Shown piece by piece: positions 13,334 to 24,911 of a stretch of 64,000 nt of DNA; position 1 is the first letter of the stretch; each line of letters starts with the position of its first letter. The stretch comes from Octopus vulgaris. Lineage: Eukaryota. The DNA lies in the NCBI GenBank assembly GCA_951406725.2, contig OX597814.1:7998001-8062000 (forward strand), read 5' to 3'. The notes under the pieces were generated by a model, which saw nothing but the letters and a program-made list of their open reading frames with translations, did no database searches and was not told the origin of the DNA. A program made the translations under genes and the position numbers.

Positions 13334-13901
13334 GGTCGAAATATATATATGAGAGTCAAAAAGTAATGCCATTTTGTTTAGGGCAGGAATAATTACCAAC
13401 ACAGGAACATGTATCATACATCAAAATGAAGCTGGTCCTCTGTGGATCACACGCATACTTCTCAACACAGTCACCATTCCTCTCAATAGCAATGTTCCAC
13501 CTTCAAATGAGAGCATGTATTCCTGCCCCGTAAAATTTTGTTGACTGTTCTTTGAGCCACTTCTTCACTACAGTTTTCACTTTCTCGTCACTGGAATAAT
13601 GTTTGCCTCTCAAACCTTCTTTCGTTGCGCCGAAGAGAAGATAGTCTGAAGGCACTAAATCTGGTGAGTGTGGAGGTAGTGAAGAAGTGGCTCAAAGAAC
13701 AGTCAACAGAATTTTACGGGGCAGGGATACATGTTCTCATTCAAAGGTGGAACATTGCTATTGAGAGAAACGGTGACTATGTTGAGAAATAGGGATGTGA
13801 TCCACAGAGGACCAGCTTCATTTTGATGTATGATACATGTTCCTGTGTTGGTAATTATACCTGTCCTAAACAAAATGGCATTACTTTTTGACTCACCCTT
13901 G
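13330..13901. mobile_element. Mariner-derived foldback/MITE with ~218-bp inverted arms
   Basis: 13353-13570 is the reverse complement of 13677-13895; mariner-type ends (tgagggt..gagtcaaaaagtaatgcc / ggcattactttttgactcacccttg) in TA context; minus strand reads PHSPDLVPSDYLLFG..KEGLRGKHY...VKKWLKEQ (mariner transposase C-terminus). Confidence 0.9.
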
Positions 13902-14559
13902 TATATATTAGACAGAATGAGATAAAGCCAAGACTGTGAAGAGTTTTCAGAACATTTATAATGAAATAATCTTTCAGCTGTTTCTGGGATATTATGGATA
14001 TCTCTTCATCAAAGACAGTGTGAGAAAATATTTGAGTTCGAATTATTGTGGAAAAAGAGGAGATATGGTATAAAGCACCCATGCTGGCATTGCATAAAGG
14101 ACATCTGGGATGGCACCACATAAAAGCACCCAGTACACTCTGTACAGTGGTTGGCATTAGAAAAGCAGTCAGATGTAGAAACCATACCAAAACCGCTGCA
14201 GCTCTCTAACTTGCCAGCTTCTTTCAAATAGTCCATGCCAGCAGGAAGACTAGATGGTAAATGATGAAGATGGTGATCTCTCTCTCTCTCTCTCTCTCTA
14301 TCTATATATATATATATATAAAGGGAAAGTTTATGAAAATAAACAAAAGACGAAGACAGGTGGTGTACAAACAGATGTATTAGTATAGTGCTCAGGAATA
14401 GAAAAAGTCTCTTACATTTCGAGTATATATATATACACTTTCTGCTGTTTTAAAATAAAGCATATTACTCTGCCTCTGGTATTTGAGTACTCTTTTTTCC
14501 ACCTTGTTTCACATTTATGTGCTTACTCCGGTAGACATATATATATATATATATATATA

Positions 14560-15720
14560 AACGGAGTTAAACACAGGTGTTATTTAAATTCTTTTACTTC
14601 TGACATATGTTCTGGAAACAACATTGCTATTATTCCAGAAAGAAACCAAACACATCAATGAGACATTTTAGCAGAATGTGATGACTGCGTATAATGATGA
14701 AGGGGACGCTATTAAGTTATTTAAAAAAAAGACCGTTAGTAGATATAATGTCTAAGGTAGTTTATAGAAAGAGAAGGAAGAGAAAGAAAGAAATTAGCAG
14801 AAAACTAGTAGTGGAGAGATATAGAGCGATAGGTGAATTAGAATAACGCTTAAAAGCATGGAAGTAGATATATTTAGTGGAAGTGAAATGTAAGAAGACA
14901 GTTAAAGGTCGAATTTTATCGATTAGTGGAAATGACTTATGGGAACTAAAGGTTTGGTTTTGCCAATGTTTGCAATGATAAACATGTTCTATAAATGTAT
15001 TTATTAATATATCTAAATGTAGAGTAATGATTAGATATTCTTTTGGACAACTGAGATGAAGAACTACCTATATAAAAAACAAAGACATCAGAACTGGAAG
15101 TAATTTTACATTGATAGAGTTTCTAGTCTTAGAATTACTGCTAAGAAATCGAATAACTCTGCTGTTATTATTTAAAGAATGGTTAGTATTAACAAAATTA
15201 ATGTTGGTATTTTTCAGTAAGTGGATTTGTAGTTAACAACTTATTATTATGCAAAGAGATGATCTGTGAAAGATTTTTGTGTTAGAAAAAACCTATCCTA
15301 ATTCGGTGTGAATTAATAATCAAATAGTATCTTGAGTTTTTCGAGAAATTCTTTTCTATAGCTTCACGAAACTGGTAAGGGAAGTTATATTTGATCTCTT
15401 TACCATATGGAATTATTAACCAAACAGTTTGGAAGGAATTAACTTTGTTATTAGGATAATTATCTTTAAAATACATCGATGTACCTTTATAATGAAAAAA
15501 GGGTATTAAATAACGGTTATCTCCCTTACACTGCAGAATTACAATTACTTGATTTGGTGTCGTAATTGGAAATAAAATTAACATTGTTAATATCTTAATG
15601 ACTTGATTTCATGCCCTGATTAATAGAGGTAGAATTAATGTCAATAGGGTTAATAAAGGTAATGTTTTTCTTTATAGCTGGTCTCTTTCTTTGACAATAA
15701 AGACATTTGTAGTGATCCTA
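14560..15720 (-). mobile_element. Penelope-like element, 3' part (RT-EN linker and GIY-YIG endonuclease), degenerate
   Basis: WLIIPYGKEIKYNFPYQFREAIEKNFSKNSRYYLIINSHRIRIGF resembles the PLE linker; FYIGSSSSQLSKRISNH at ~15080-15025 is the YIG..R..H motif; abuts (TA)n. Confidence 0.75.
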
Positions 15721-16510
15721 TACAACGGCGCGCGCTCTCGCACCGTCCATTCCTATTTCGCGCGTGCGAGGTTGGTGCTTTCACCACCGGAAGTAGGACC
15801 ATTTGCCTACGTGGCAGTTTAGCCACGAGGCATGGGAGCGTGAACCTTAAAGGGGTCCGGTGTGATAGCAGCAGCAGGCAGTAACTTGAGACACAGCCTT
15901 CGAAGGAACAGGACGTGAATTCTTTCTCTCTCCGGACTTGACATAGCAGCAGCCTTTACCAAAAGACTTTTGACCAGGATTTGTTGCCGACCACATTATT
16001 TTCTCTCCCTATTCGACGCCATCTTGGCAGTGTCGTTTTGCATTTGAACTTTGTAAATTCTACAGCGATAAAGTTCAGCTCTGACACATCTATACCAAAG
16101 GGATACCAGACACACCACTTATTGGTTACTGTCATAAGAGAATAAAGTAGATATATATTTTTTATGTCTGCGTCTTGTTGTTTCTGACTGGTAGAATCTG
16201 GATTATTAAAGCAACGGAAAGTGATTGCTTCTTGCACCCAAACAGTGCAGAGAAGATATTCACATTTCGTTACACATTAAACAGCCCTCAAACGATCCAG
16301 CTTCAGAATTAAAAAAAATTATTTAAATCTAAAAACAATCCTCCACCTAACCCAAGATTGAAACAGTTAGAAGATGATTTCTGGTCTATCGTGAGGAATG
16401 TGAAACTCCAGCATTCACCCTCAAGGAATAAACTCTTACCAAATTAGGATAGTCTTTTTCTAACACAAGAAATCTTTCACAAATCATCTCTTCGCATAAT
16501 AATAAGTTGT
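15721..16510 (+). mobile_element. Probable Penelope-like element, 5' part (CpG-rich leader plus N-terminus)
   Basis: CpG-rich segment 15725-15950; FKSKNNPPPNPRLKQLEDDFWSIVRNVK at ~16320-16405 resembles PLE N-terminal regions. Confidence 0.5.
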
Positions 16511-16964
16511 TAAATATATATAGAAACAAAGTTGAACACACATACACGAGGTTAGTTTGTCGGGTAACTGCATTTTTAGGCATAAGAGAATAGAATTTCA
16601 ATACGCTTGTTGTGAAAACACCCAAACAGGTCACAGCCAAGAGAGACAACTCACATCAGATCCCTTTTCTTTTTCATTTTTTTTTTCTCAGAGGGTGAGA
16701 CGTCAATGTTTTGCCATTGTTCTGACTTATCAATGCCGTGTACTAACCAAAGAGCCTGCTATGAGCTGTCAAACTGGATATGACACTATATTTTAAATGG
16801 TTTAAGAACCATCTGTTGGCATGTCCCAACATATCATGCCATGGACAAGATTCAAATATGAATTAGAAGCAGCATAAGGTAAATGAACAAAGTCGAACAC
16901 ACACATATGAGGTGTGTGTGTGTTGTTCGTTTATCAGGTGGCTGCAATATATATTAGAGAGAGA

Positions 16965-18010
16965 ATACCGTACCCCACTCAGGTAGGTGACCCTGTCTGA
17001 AAGGTATAGGCTGGAATTTCATATGGTGCACCCAGTGTAAGCTACGGACACACAACAGGTGCAGTGGATTAATAGGTAGCTTATCAAGAGAAGACGGTTT
17101 TCATATGTGGAAGATGCACAAGATCCATAAAAAAAACTTTAGAGACTCAGGAAATTGATTCTCTTAAATGCCTTGGTGGCTCATTAGAGGTAGTATATAA
17201 CTTCTGCTACCAAGGAGACTAAATTAGTAGTGGGGGAGGATGCATGGAGAGTGTAACAGCTAGAATAAGAATGGGATGGAGAAAGTTCGGAGAGCTGTTA
17301 CCTCTATTGGCCCCAAAAGGTTTCTTTCTCCGAGTGAAAGAAAGATTTTATGATGTATGTATATGAACAGCAATTCTACATGGTAATAAGATGTGGGCCC
17401 TGAATGCAGAGGGCATGTGAAGGTTAGAGAGGAATGAGGCCAGTATGCTCTGCTGGATATGTTTGACAGAGTGCCACTGTTCTGAGAGAGAAGTTAGGCA
17501 TAAGAGGAATTGGTTGCTGTGTGCAAGAGAGAAGCCTGCACTGATTCGGTCATGTGATGCACACAGCTCCATAGAAAAAAGTGATAATCTTTCAAAGGAG
17601 ATGGAACACATAGAAGAGGGAGACCTAGGAAAACATGGGAAGAAGTGCTGAAGAATGACATTAGGACATTAAAATTTCAGGCAAGGTGACGAAGGACTGA
17701 AACGACTGGCATCCTGCTGTACTCAAGAAGACCCATAGACCTTGAGCAGATCAAGATGTACAGCAAAAGTATCAACACCAATCCCCATCATAGTGAGGAT
17801 TGACTTGCAAGAGTCCTGGGCTGGTGCCATGTAAAAGTCCAAATATAGCACGATGTAAAAATGCCAAGCACTCTCTGTAGAGCAGTTGGTGTTAGGAAGG
17901 GCATCCAGTCATAGAAACCAAGCCAAAGCAGACTGGAGCCTGGTGCAGCCCACTTCCCAGCTTGCCAGCTCTGGTCAAACTCTCCTACTCATGCCAGCAG
18001 GGTAATATGG
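16965..18010 (+). mobile_element. RTE 3' half plus shared 3' tail
   Basis: CTQCKL zinc-finger remnant, RIRMGWRKFGELLPLL, ERNEASML; tail ttaggaagggcatccag. Confidence 0.8.
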
Positions 18011-18433
18011 GTAATAACCATATAATAATAACCTATCATCTTCCCAACAACAATCTTGGGTAGCTTTTTCAGTTCCATATGTTTAACACTCGCGGACACG
18101 TTAACAATATCAAAAACCAACACACCCTCCATGACTTTCAGAGACATTTTTGCACTCTCGGAATTGCTGAAGCATGGAATAAACTACTCACATCAGTCAT
18201 TAGCCATCAAGGCACTACATCCTTCAAAACTTCCATGCTTTCAGAAATTCACCAACAGTACACCTGATGTCTCCTCCTCCTCCTCCTTCTTCTTCTTCTC
18301 CTTTTTCTTCTTCTGCTTCTCCTCCTCCTCCCTCATCCTCCTGTACCTATAGCAGGCTTATTACATGCAGCCTATACTACCGTGGTATTCATTCTTGTCA
18401 GCTACCTAATACTTTCCTGATTATTATTGTTGT

Positions 18434-18991
18434 TGAATGAGAGAGCAGTGCATGCCATCAAAGTGACAATGGGGTACAAATATACGAAGCCCAGTATACA
18501 CATCATTTCTACCCATCTGTTAAGTGTACACCAGGCTCATGCATCACAACTATATGTGCGCAACATGGTGATCTCATATCAAAATAAACAGTGCATGGCC
18601 TATCAGGTGGGGCCCAGTTAGAATTCTCTTCTGGTCGAGTAACCCATCCCACTCAAAAAGTCCCTGAATAAAGGTTATTTAAGGCTGTTGAATGAAACTC
18701 CCATGTTTCCAGAGGTGAATTATTCAAACCCCAAAGAATCCCTCTCAACACACGGCTATGATGCTCCCCCACTACTTCTGCCGGTGATCAGAAATGCACA
18801 TATCGTCAACAACTAAGGGACATGGTCAACTGGTTAAGGTCAAACAACTGACAAACAGATCTGTGGTATTGAACAGAATATTTGCTGTAGCCCATCTTTT
18901 ATACCAAGACAAAACAATGTACATGATAACACTTCCAATCAGTTAAGATCAGAAGCCATGAGTGCCACTGCCTGGTACTGCATCAGGGCAT
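18434..18991 (-). mobile_element. Non-coding ~560-bp interspersed element bounded by TAA/TTA repeats (copy 1)
   Basis: Reverse complement matches 24394-24852; both ends abut short (TAA)-like runs. Confidence 0.8.
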
Positions 18992-18997
18992 TTATTA

Positions 18998-21900
18998 TGA
19001 TTTGGTAGTTTTATTTTTATAGCGTCCTTTCACTTCACTACCGAGCGCAGCTCTGTGTGCCTTGGGTATGTGCTGTGGTTTGCTGTGACATTCTGATGGT
19101 TACGGTATTGAAAGTGTTCTGCGTAGGATGTGTGCAGTGCCTAGTAGTGCAATTTTCTGTACGTTATATGTGTTTGTAAGTCCTGGTGTTTTTTTATGTA
19201 TTGGTCTGAATAATTTTTTATCATGCCTAATGCACCTACTATGATAGAATTGTTTCTGTTTTTAGATTCCACATTCTAGTTACCTCTATTTCCAGGTCTT
19301 TGTATTTTGAGAGTTTCTCCATTTCTTTTAGAGACACGTTGTCATCTGCTGGTATTGATGCATCAATTAGAAAGCATTTTTTTCTTCATGATCTCTGACA
19401 ACTATATCTGGTCTGTTGGCCTTAATTTCTCTATCTGTGTGTATCAGCATATCCCAGAATATGGTTGCTTTCTCGTTTTCTGTGACCTTTTCTGGTGTGT
19501 GCCTATACCATCTTTTTTCTGTTGTTATTCCATAATGTTGGCATAGCTTCCAGTGTATGTAGGTTCCAACTCTGTCATGTCTGTGAATATATTCCTTCTT
19601 AGCCAGGACTGGGCAGCCAGAGATAATATGATTTATTGTTTCTTGTCCATCTCCACATATTCTGCAGTTACTTGTTATATTTATTTTCATTACATGTTTT
19701 TGGTAATTTCTGGTGGGGAGGCTTTGGTCTTGTGCTGCAATTAAAAATCCCTCTGTTTCTGCTTTGAGTCCTGAGCTTCTCAACCATTGTTGGGATTTTT
19801 CTTTGTCTATTTCTTTTGCATTTAGTTTCGTCCAGTATTTGCCATGAAGGGGCTTTTCTTGCCATCGTTTTATCATGGTTCGTTGCTGTTCTATTTTTAG
19901 TTTGGATTTCATTTGTTTTATAGCTTTTGTTGTTTCTTCATCTTCTTCTTCTTCTTCATATTTATTAGGTGGTATGATTTCTTGTTTGTATTTGTTAGCT
20001 TCCTTAAATACTGAGAACAGTTTTTTGTTTTGCTCGTGTTTTGCCGCTATTTGTATCAGTTTTCCTTCCTTCTGAAGTAGATATTTTTGCAGTCCTATGG
20101 TGTTTATTTTATAGTAGTTTTCCAGCTGTATAAGGCCTCTATCACCTTCTATACGTTGTATATATAGTCTTTCTATGTCAGATTTTGGGTGATGCATCCT
20201 AGATCCTGTCAATATTTTTCTTGTTTTCCTATCTATTTTGGTCAGTTCATTTAGTGTCCAGTTAAGGATATTGTAGCTGTAACTTATAACTGGGACAGCT
20301 AAAGTGTTAATACCTATTATCTTGTTTTTAGCATTGAGCTCTGTTTTTAGTATTGATCTAACTCGTCTATAATATTCTTTTTTTATTTTCTCTTTCATTT
20401 GTGTGTGTTGTGTCTTATCTAGTTCATGGATTCCTAAGTATTTGTAAGTTTGGCTTTGGTCTAATTCTTTTATTTCATTGGTTTTATCTAGTGTGATGTT
20501 GCTACTCTTAACTAGTTTTCCTCTTTCCATGGTTACTTTGGCGCATTTTTCTAATCCAAATTTCATATCTATTTCTTTGGTAAATCCATGAACTGTCTTT
20601 AATAGTGTTTCCAGCTGTTTGTCATTTGCAGTGTATAGTTTTAGGTCATCCATATATAAAAGGTGGCTGATCGTTTTGCCGTAACATTTATATCCGCATC
20701 CAGTTCTATTTAGCATATCAGATAGAGGTGACAGTGCCAAGCAGAAAAGGAGTGGAGAGAGCATGTCTCCCTGGAATATTCCTCTTCTAATGGGGATGTC
20801 TTTGGTTTTCATGAGTCCCTCTTGTGTTTGGAGCTGTAGCATTGTTTGCCATTTATTCATAGAGTGTCCTATGAATTTTATAATTGTTGGTGCTACCTTG
20901 TTAATGGCTAGTGTTTCGAGGATCCATGCATGGGGGATGCTATCAAACGCCTTTTTGTAGTTGATCCAGGCCATACTGAGGCCTTTCTTCTTTCTGTGGC
21001 TGACTTCAGTTATGGCTTTATTGATCAGTAGTTGATCTTTACAGCCATATGAGCCTTTGCAGCATCCTTTTGCTCTTCTGGAAACAGGTTGTTTTCGTCC
21101 AGGTGCTTGTTTAATCCTTGTGATATTACTGCAGTGAATGCTTTGTACATTGTACGGAGACAGGTTATAGGTCTGTAGTTTTCTGGTTTTGCTGTCTCAT
21201 TTGATTTGGGAATTAAGATGGTTTTCCCCTTCGTGAGCCATTCAGGCATTGTCTCTGACTCTGCCAGTATGTTGTTAAAATTTTCAGCCAGCTTTTTGTG
21301 CATTCCTGTTAGATATTTCAAAGTTGTTCAGATGCCGAGTTTGTTATTTTGATACTCCTTTTTTTTTGGTGGTTCGTTCGCCGACTATATTTCTCTCCAG
21401 AATTCTTCCAATTCTCCTGCCGTTGGTGCTGCAGTGATTTCTATTTTATTTTTGCAAAGTTCTTGGTAGAACTTTTTGGGGTTGGAGTTGAACTTTTTGT
21501 TTTCTTCAAAGAAGCGCTGGCGTTTCTTGTACCGGCAGATCCTTTGTGCTTTGGCAAGGATATCTTGCTTTAGCTTTTCTTTTATCTCAGGTAAATCTTT
21601 TTCTGTGATATTGTATTTGCACAGTATTTTTGTTTTCTTTTTGTTGCTCAGTAGCGTTGATTGTCTACTGATTTCATTAAGAATCGACAGATCGTTTCTC
21701 ATTTTTTAATTTTGTTTTGGATGTTATTTATCCACAGGGTTTGTTTGGGTGGTGGTACTCCTGTTTGGCAGTGGCTGCTGTGTATACTAAGTCATTTAGC
21801 TCAGTGATATCGCTTTTTGTTTCTGTGGCTATTAGTTCTGTGACAGCTAGGTTTATGCTGTTTATAATTGGTGTTGTTTTTTTGTCTATTTTGATTTTTG

Positions 21901-22785
21901 GGAGGTATGGTCGGTGGTCCATTTTGAGCTCTGTGGTTTTCATTTCTTTGATTATTTTACTTTTTATATTATCATAATCATTAGGCTGCCCTTCGTTGTT
22001 TCCAGGTTTTAGATTTGTGTCGCTTTCTTTCTTATTTATATGTTTGTTTGCCGTGTTTTGGTTTGCTGTTTGTCGTGTATTATTATGCATCCTTACGGTC
22101 TGGGTTTTTTGTTTACATCGTGTTTGTTGGAAATGTTACGTTTGTCTTCGTGTTTTACTGTTTCAGTGTTTATATTATTGGGCATTGTTGTGTGGATTAT
22201 ATCTACATTTTCCTGGTGTATTTTTTCTTTTAGATGTTCTATTTCTATTTCCGATATTTTTTTTCCGTTGAGAATGTATCTTCGTACGTTAGCTAGTTTA
22301 TTAGGGTTCATTGCTGTATCCAAGTCTATATCTCAGTTATTTTCCTTCCATATTTTATATGTATGTGTTGTTGTGTTTTCATTTTTTGGGTAGAGCACTG
22401 CTGTGAAGTATGCGTGTAAGATAGAAATGTATTCCTCACGTGTCCATTTATGCTTTTTTGGTTTTATTTGCAGGACATGAGGAACAACGTCCGGCCCATT
22501 ATTTTGACGGTCCGTTCATTTCTGTTGTCAAATTGTTTTGCCTGTGTAGTTTTTCGTACTTTTTGTGTAACAAGTTTAAAGTACGCACTTCCCGATTGTT
22601 ATTCTTGGGTTGAATAATATCAGTGGTATTTAATTTATTCGTAGTTTTTTTGTACATGTGTTTGGGGTTGGGGATGATCTGTTGTTGATGGATCGTAATG
22701 TTCCACGCATGTTTACATGTGTTGTGTTAGAGGTGGAGATGATATCGAGCTAAAATACATCATTTCGTTTCGAAAATAGTAATAA
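18998..22785 (-). mobile_element. R4/Dong-clade non-LTR retrotransposon (RT, CCHC, RLE), near full length
   Basis: ORF 19367-20974: KAFDS, GIFQGD, YMDD, CRICG..ETINHIISGC, KANRPDIVV; N-terminal ORFs to ~22710; 5' end abuts the (TAA)n tract; frameshifts and a deletion near 21340. Confidence 0.93.
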
Positions 22786-22816
22786 ATTATTATTATTATT
22801 ATCATTATTATTATTA

Positions 22817-22865
<49 letters not shown>

Positions 22866-22969
22866 CATTATTATTATTATTATTATTATTATTAATATTA
22901 TTATTATTATCATTATTATTATTATCATTATTATTATTATTATTATTATTATTAATATTATTATTATTA

Positions 22970-23013
<44 letters not shown>

Positions 23014-23068
23014 ATTATTATTATAATCATTATTATTATTATTATTATTATTAATATTATTATTATTA

Positions 23069-23121
<53 letters not shown>
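22786..23121. repeat. (TAA/TGA)n microsatellite, ~335 bp
   Basis: Seen directly. Confidence 0.98.
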
Positions 23122-23123
<2 letters not shown>

Positions 23124-23569
23124 TTTGTGCTCTTCTAAGGTTATTGGCTATCATATGCTAATCATATGCTATCATACTGCAGAAATATTCCTTTTGCTGG
23201 ATAAATATGTGGGAATCAATCAGTATATACAAAATCCATGCTAAAAAAATTCATAATACCAGAAAATGAAATGAACCGGATTTAATCAAAATGTGGGCAT
23301 TAGCAACAGCTGTCACTTGCTGAGTGTTTCATATAATACACATATTATATAAATATAAAAATTGGATGCAGCAATAGCTGGGCACTCACACAACCTCAGG
23401 TGAGTGGCTTTGAGAGCAGTGATGGATCACCTATTGTTTCCCCCTTGTTTTATACTGACATTCATGTTTTACAATTCTCTTGATAAAGAGCAACATGTAG
23501 ATTCAAACAGACACAAGTTATTAAAAAATACCAAATAAATTAAAGGAAACAAACTACTAGAAAGTAAGT

Positions 23570-24015
23570 ATTACAAGATGTTGTGGGAGTTTAACATTCA
23601 GACTGACAGAGTAATAGAAGCTAGAAGGCCTGGTTTAGTAGCAGTAGATAAAGAGAATAGAAAGTGCCAGATAATTGACTTTACAGTCCCAAATGATGAG
23701 AAAGTCAATATAAATGGTTTAGAAAAAAATAGCAAAGTACCAGGACCCAACCACTGAATTACAGAGACTATGGAAAGTGCGGGTAAAATCTATTCCAGTA
23801 GTTATAGGTGCATTGGGAACTATCGCTAAAGATTCGAACAGATGGATAGAGGAAATAGGCATAACACATAATTTAGTACAGCTCCAGAAAACAGTGTTAT
23901 TAGGGACAGCTTGGATGCTTAGGAGGGTTCTTGGCATCTAAGGTTACTCTGTTGTAGCCTGATGTTAGGAATTTTTCTTTTCAACAGTCTAATCTGTTGT
24001 ACATATATGAATAAT
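23570..24015 (+). mobile_element. R4/Dong 3' fragment (RLE)
   Basis: LWEFNIQTDRVIEARRP..IIDF.VP..PVVIGALG; a near-identical copy is at 40505-40830 (-). Confidence 0.85.
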
Positions 24016-24039
24016 AATATAAAAATTTTCTCATTGAAA

Positions 24040-24370
24040 TTGGAAAATGTGGTTACAGTGCCAGTGATTGTAAGAACAATTGGACTGATCAAAAAAGGAA
24101 CTGAAAATTATATGAGAATGGCCCCAGCACAAGAAGTACAAATGGTTGTGTTAACTGATACGTTACATGTTTAGTAGAAAATTGTTGATATGAGAATGAT
24201 AACCATCCGTGTAAATTTTGTTTTCTACATAACTTCATCTGATTTTGTAAATGAACAACCTGGTGTGTTTATTTTAATTGCCTATCAATGTACAAAGTGA
24301 GTTTTTTTCCCCCTGGGTGTCAGGAAGACACTCGGCAAGAAATGGAAACAAAATTGAAAGAAAAACAAAT
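24040..24370 (+). mobile_element. R4/Dong short 3' end plus 3'UTR
   Basis: PVIV..GLIKKGTENY; UTR 24240-24360 matches 44780-44900. Confidence 0.75.
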
Positions 24371-24393
24371 AATAATAATAAAAAAAATAGTAA

Positions 24394-24852
24394 ATGCCCT
24401 GATGCTCTTCCAGGCAGTGGCCCTCATGACTTTTGGATGTGTTATCATGTACATTGTTTTGGTATAAAAGATGGGTTGCAGCAATTATTCCACTCAATAC
24501 CACAGACTTGCTTGTCAGTTGTTTGACTGTAACCAGTTGAGCCATGTGTTGAGAGGAATTCTTTGGAGTTTGAATAATTCATCCCTGGAAATATGGGTGT
24601 TTTGTACATCACCTTTATTCAGGGACCTTTTGAGAAGGATGGGCTACTCGACCTGAAGAAAATTCTAACTGGGCTCCGCTTGCAAGGTCATGCACTATTT
24701 ATCTTGATATGAGATCACCATGTCACATACATATGGTTGTGATGCATGTGCCTGGTGTATCCTTTTCAGATGGGTAGTCATGGTGGGTATACTGGGCTTC
24801 GTATATTTATACCCCAGTGTCACTTTGATGGCATCTATTGCCCTTTCACTCA
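24394..24852 (+). mobile_element. Non-coding TAA-bounded element (copy 2, internally deleted)
   Basis: Homologous to 18434-18991; followed by (AAT)n at 24852-24911. Confidence 0.8.
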
Positions 24853-24911
24853 ATAATAATAATGATAATGATAATGATAATAATGATGATAATAATAATA
24901 ATAATAATAAT

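Noticed and set aside
13930-14060. Possible extra PARP exon (FSHTVFDEEISIISQKQ)
   Set aside because: No convincing flanking splice sites, and the 31472 and 10341 exons already join in phase
14590-14660. Possible hammerhead at the Penelope 3' end on - (gaa-catatg-tc-agaag)
   Set aside because: A palindromic stem III and GUC are present but the CUGANGA core is missing
22713-23154. Poly-Ile / poly-Asn ORFs (also 27768-28121 and 39639-40516)
   Set aside because: Translations of (TAA)n microsatellites, not genes
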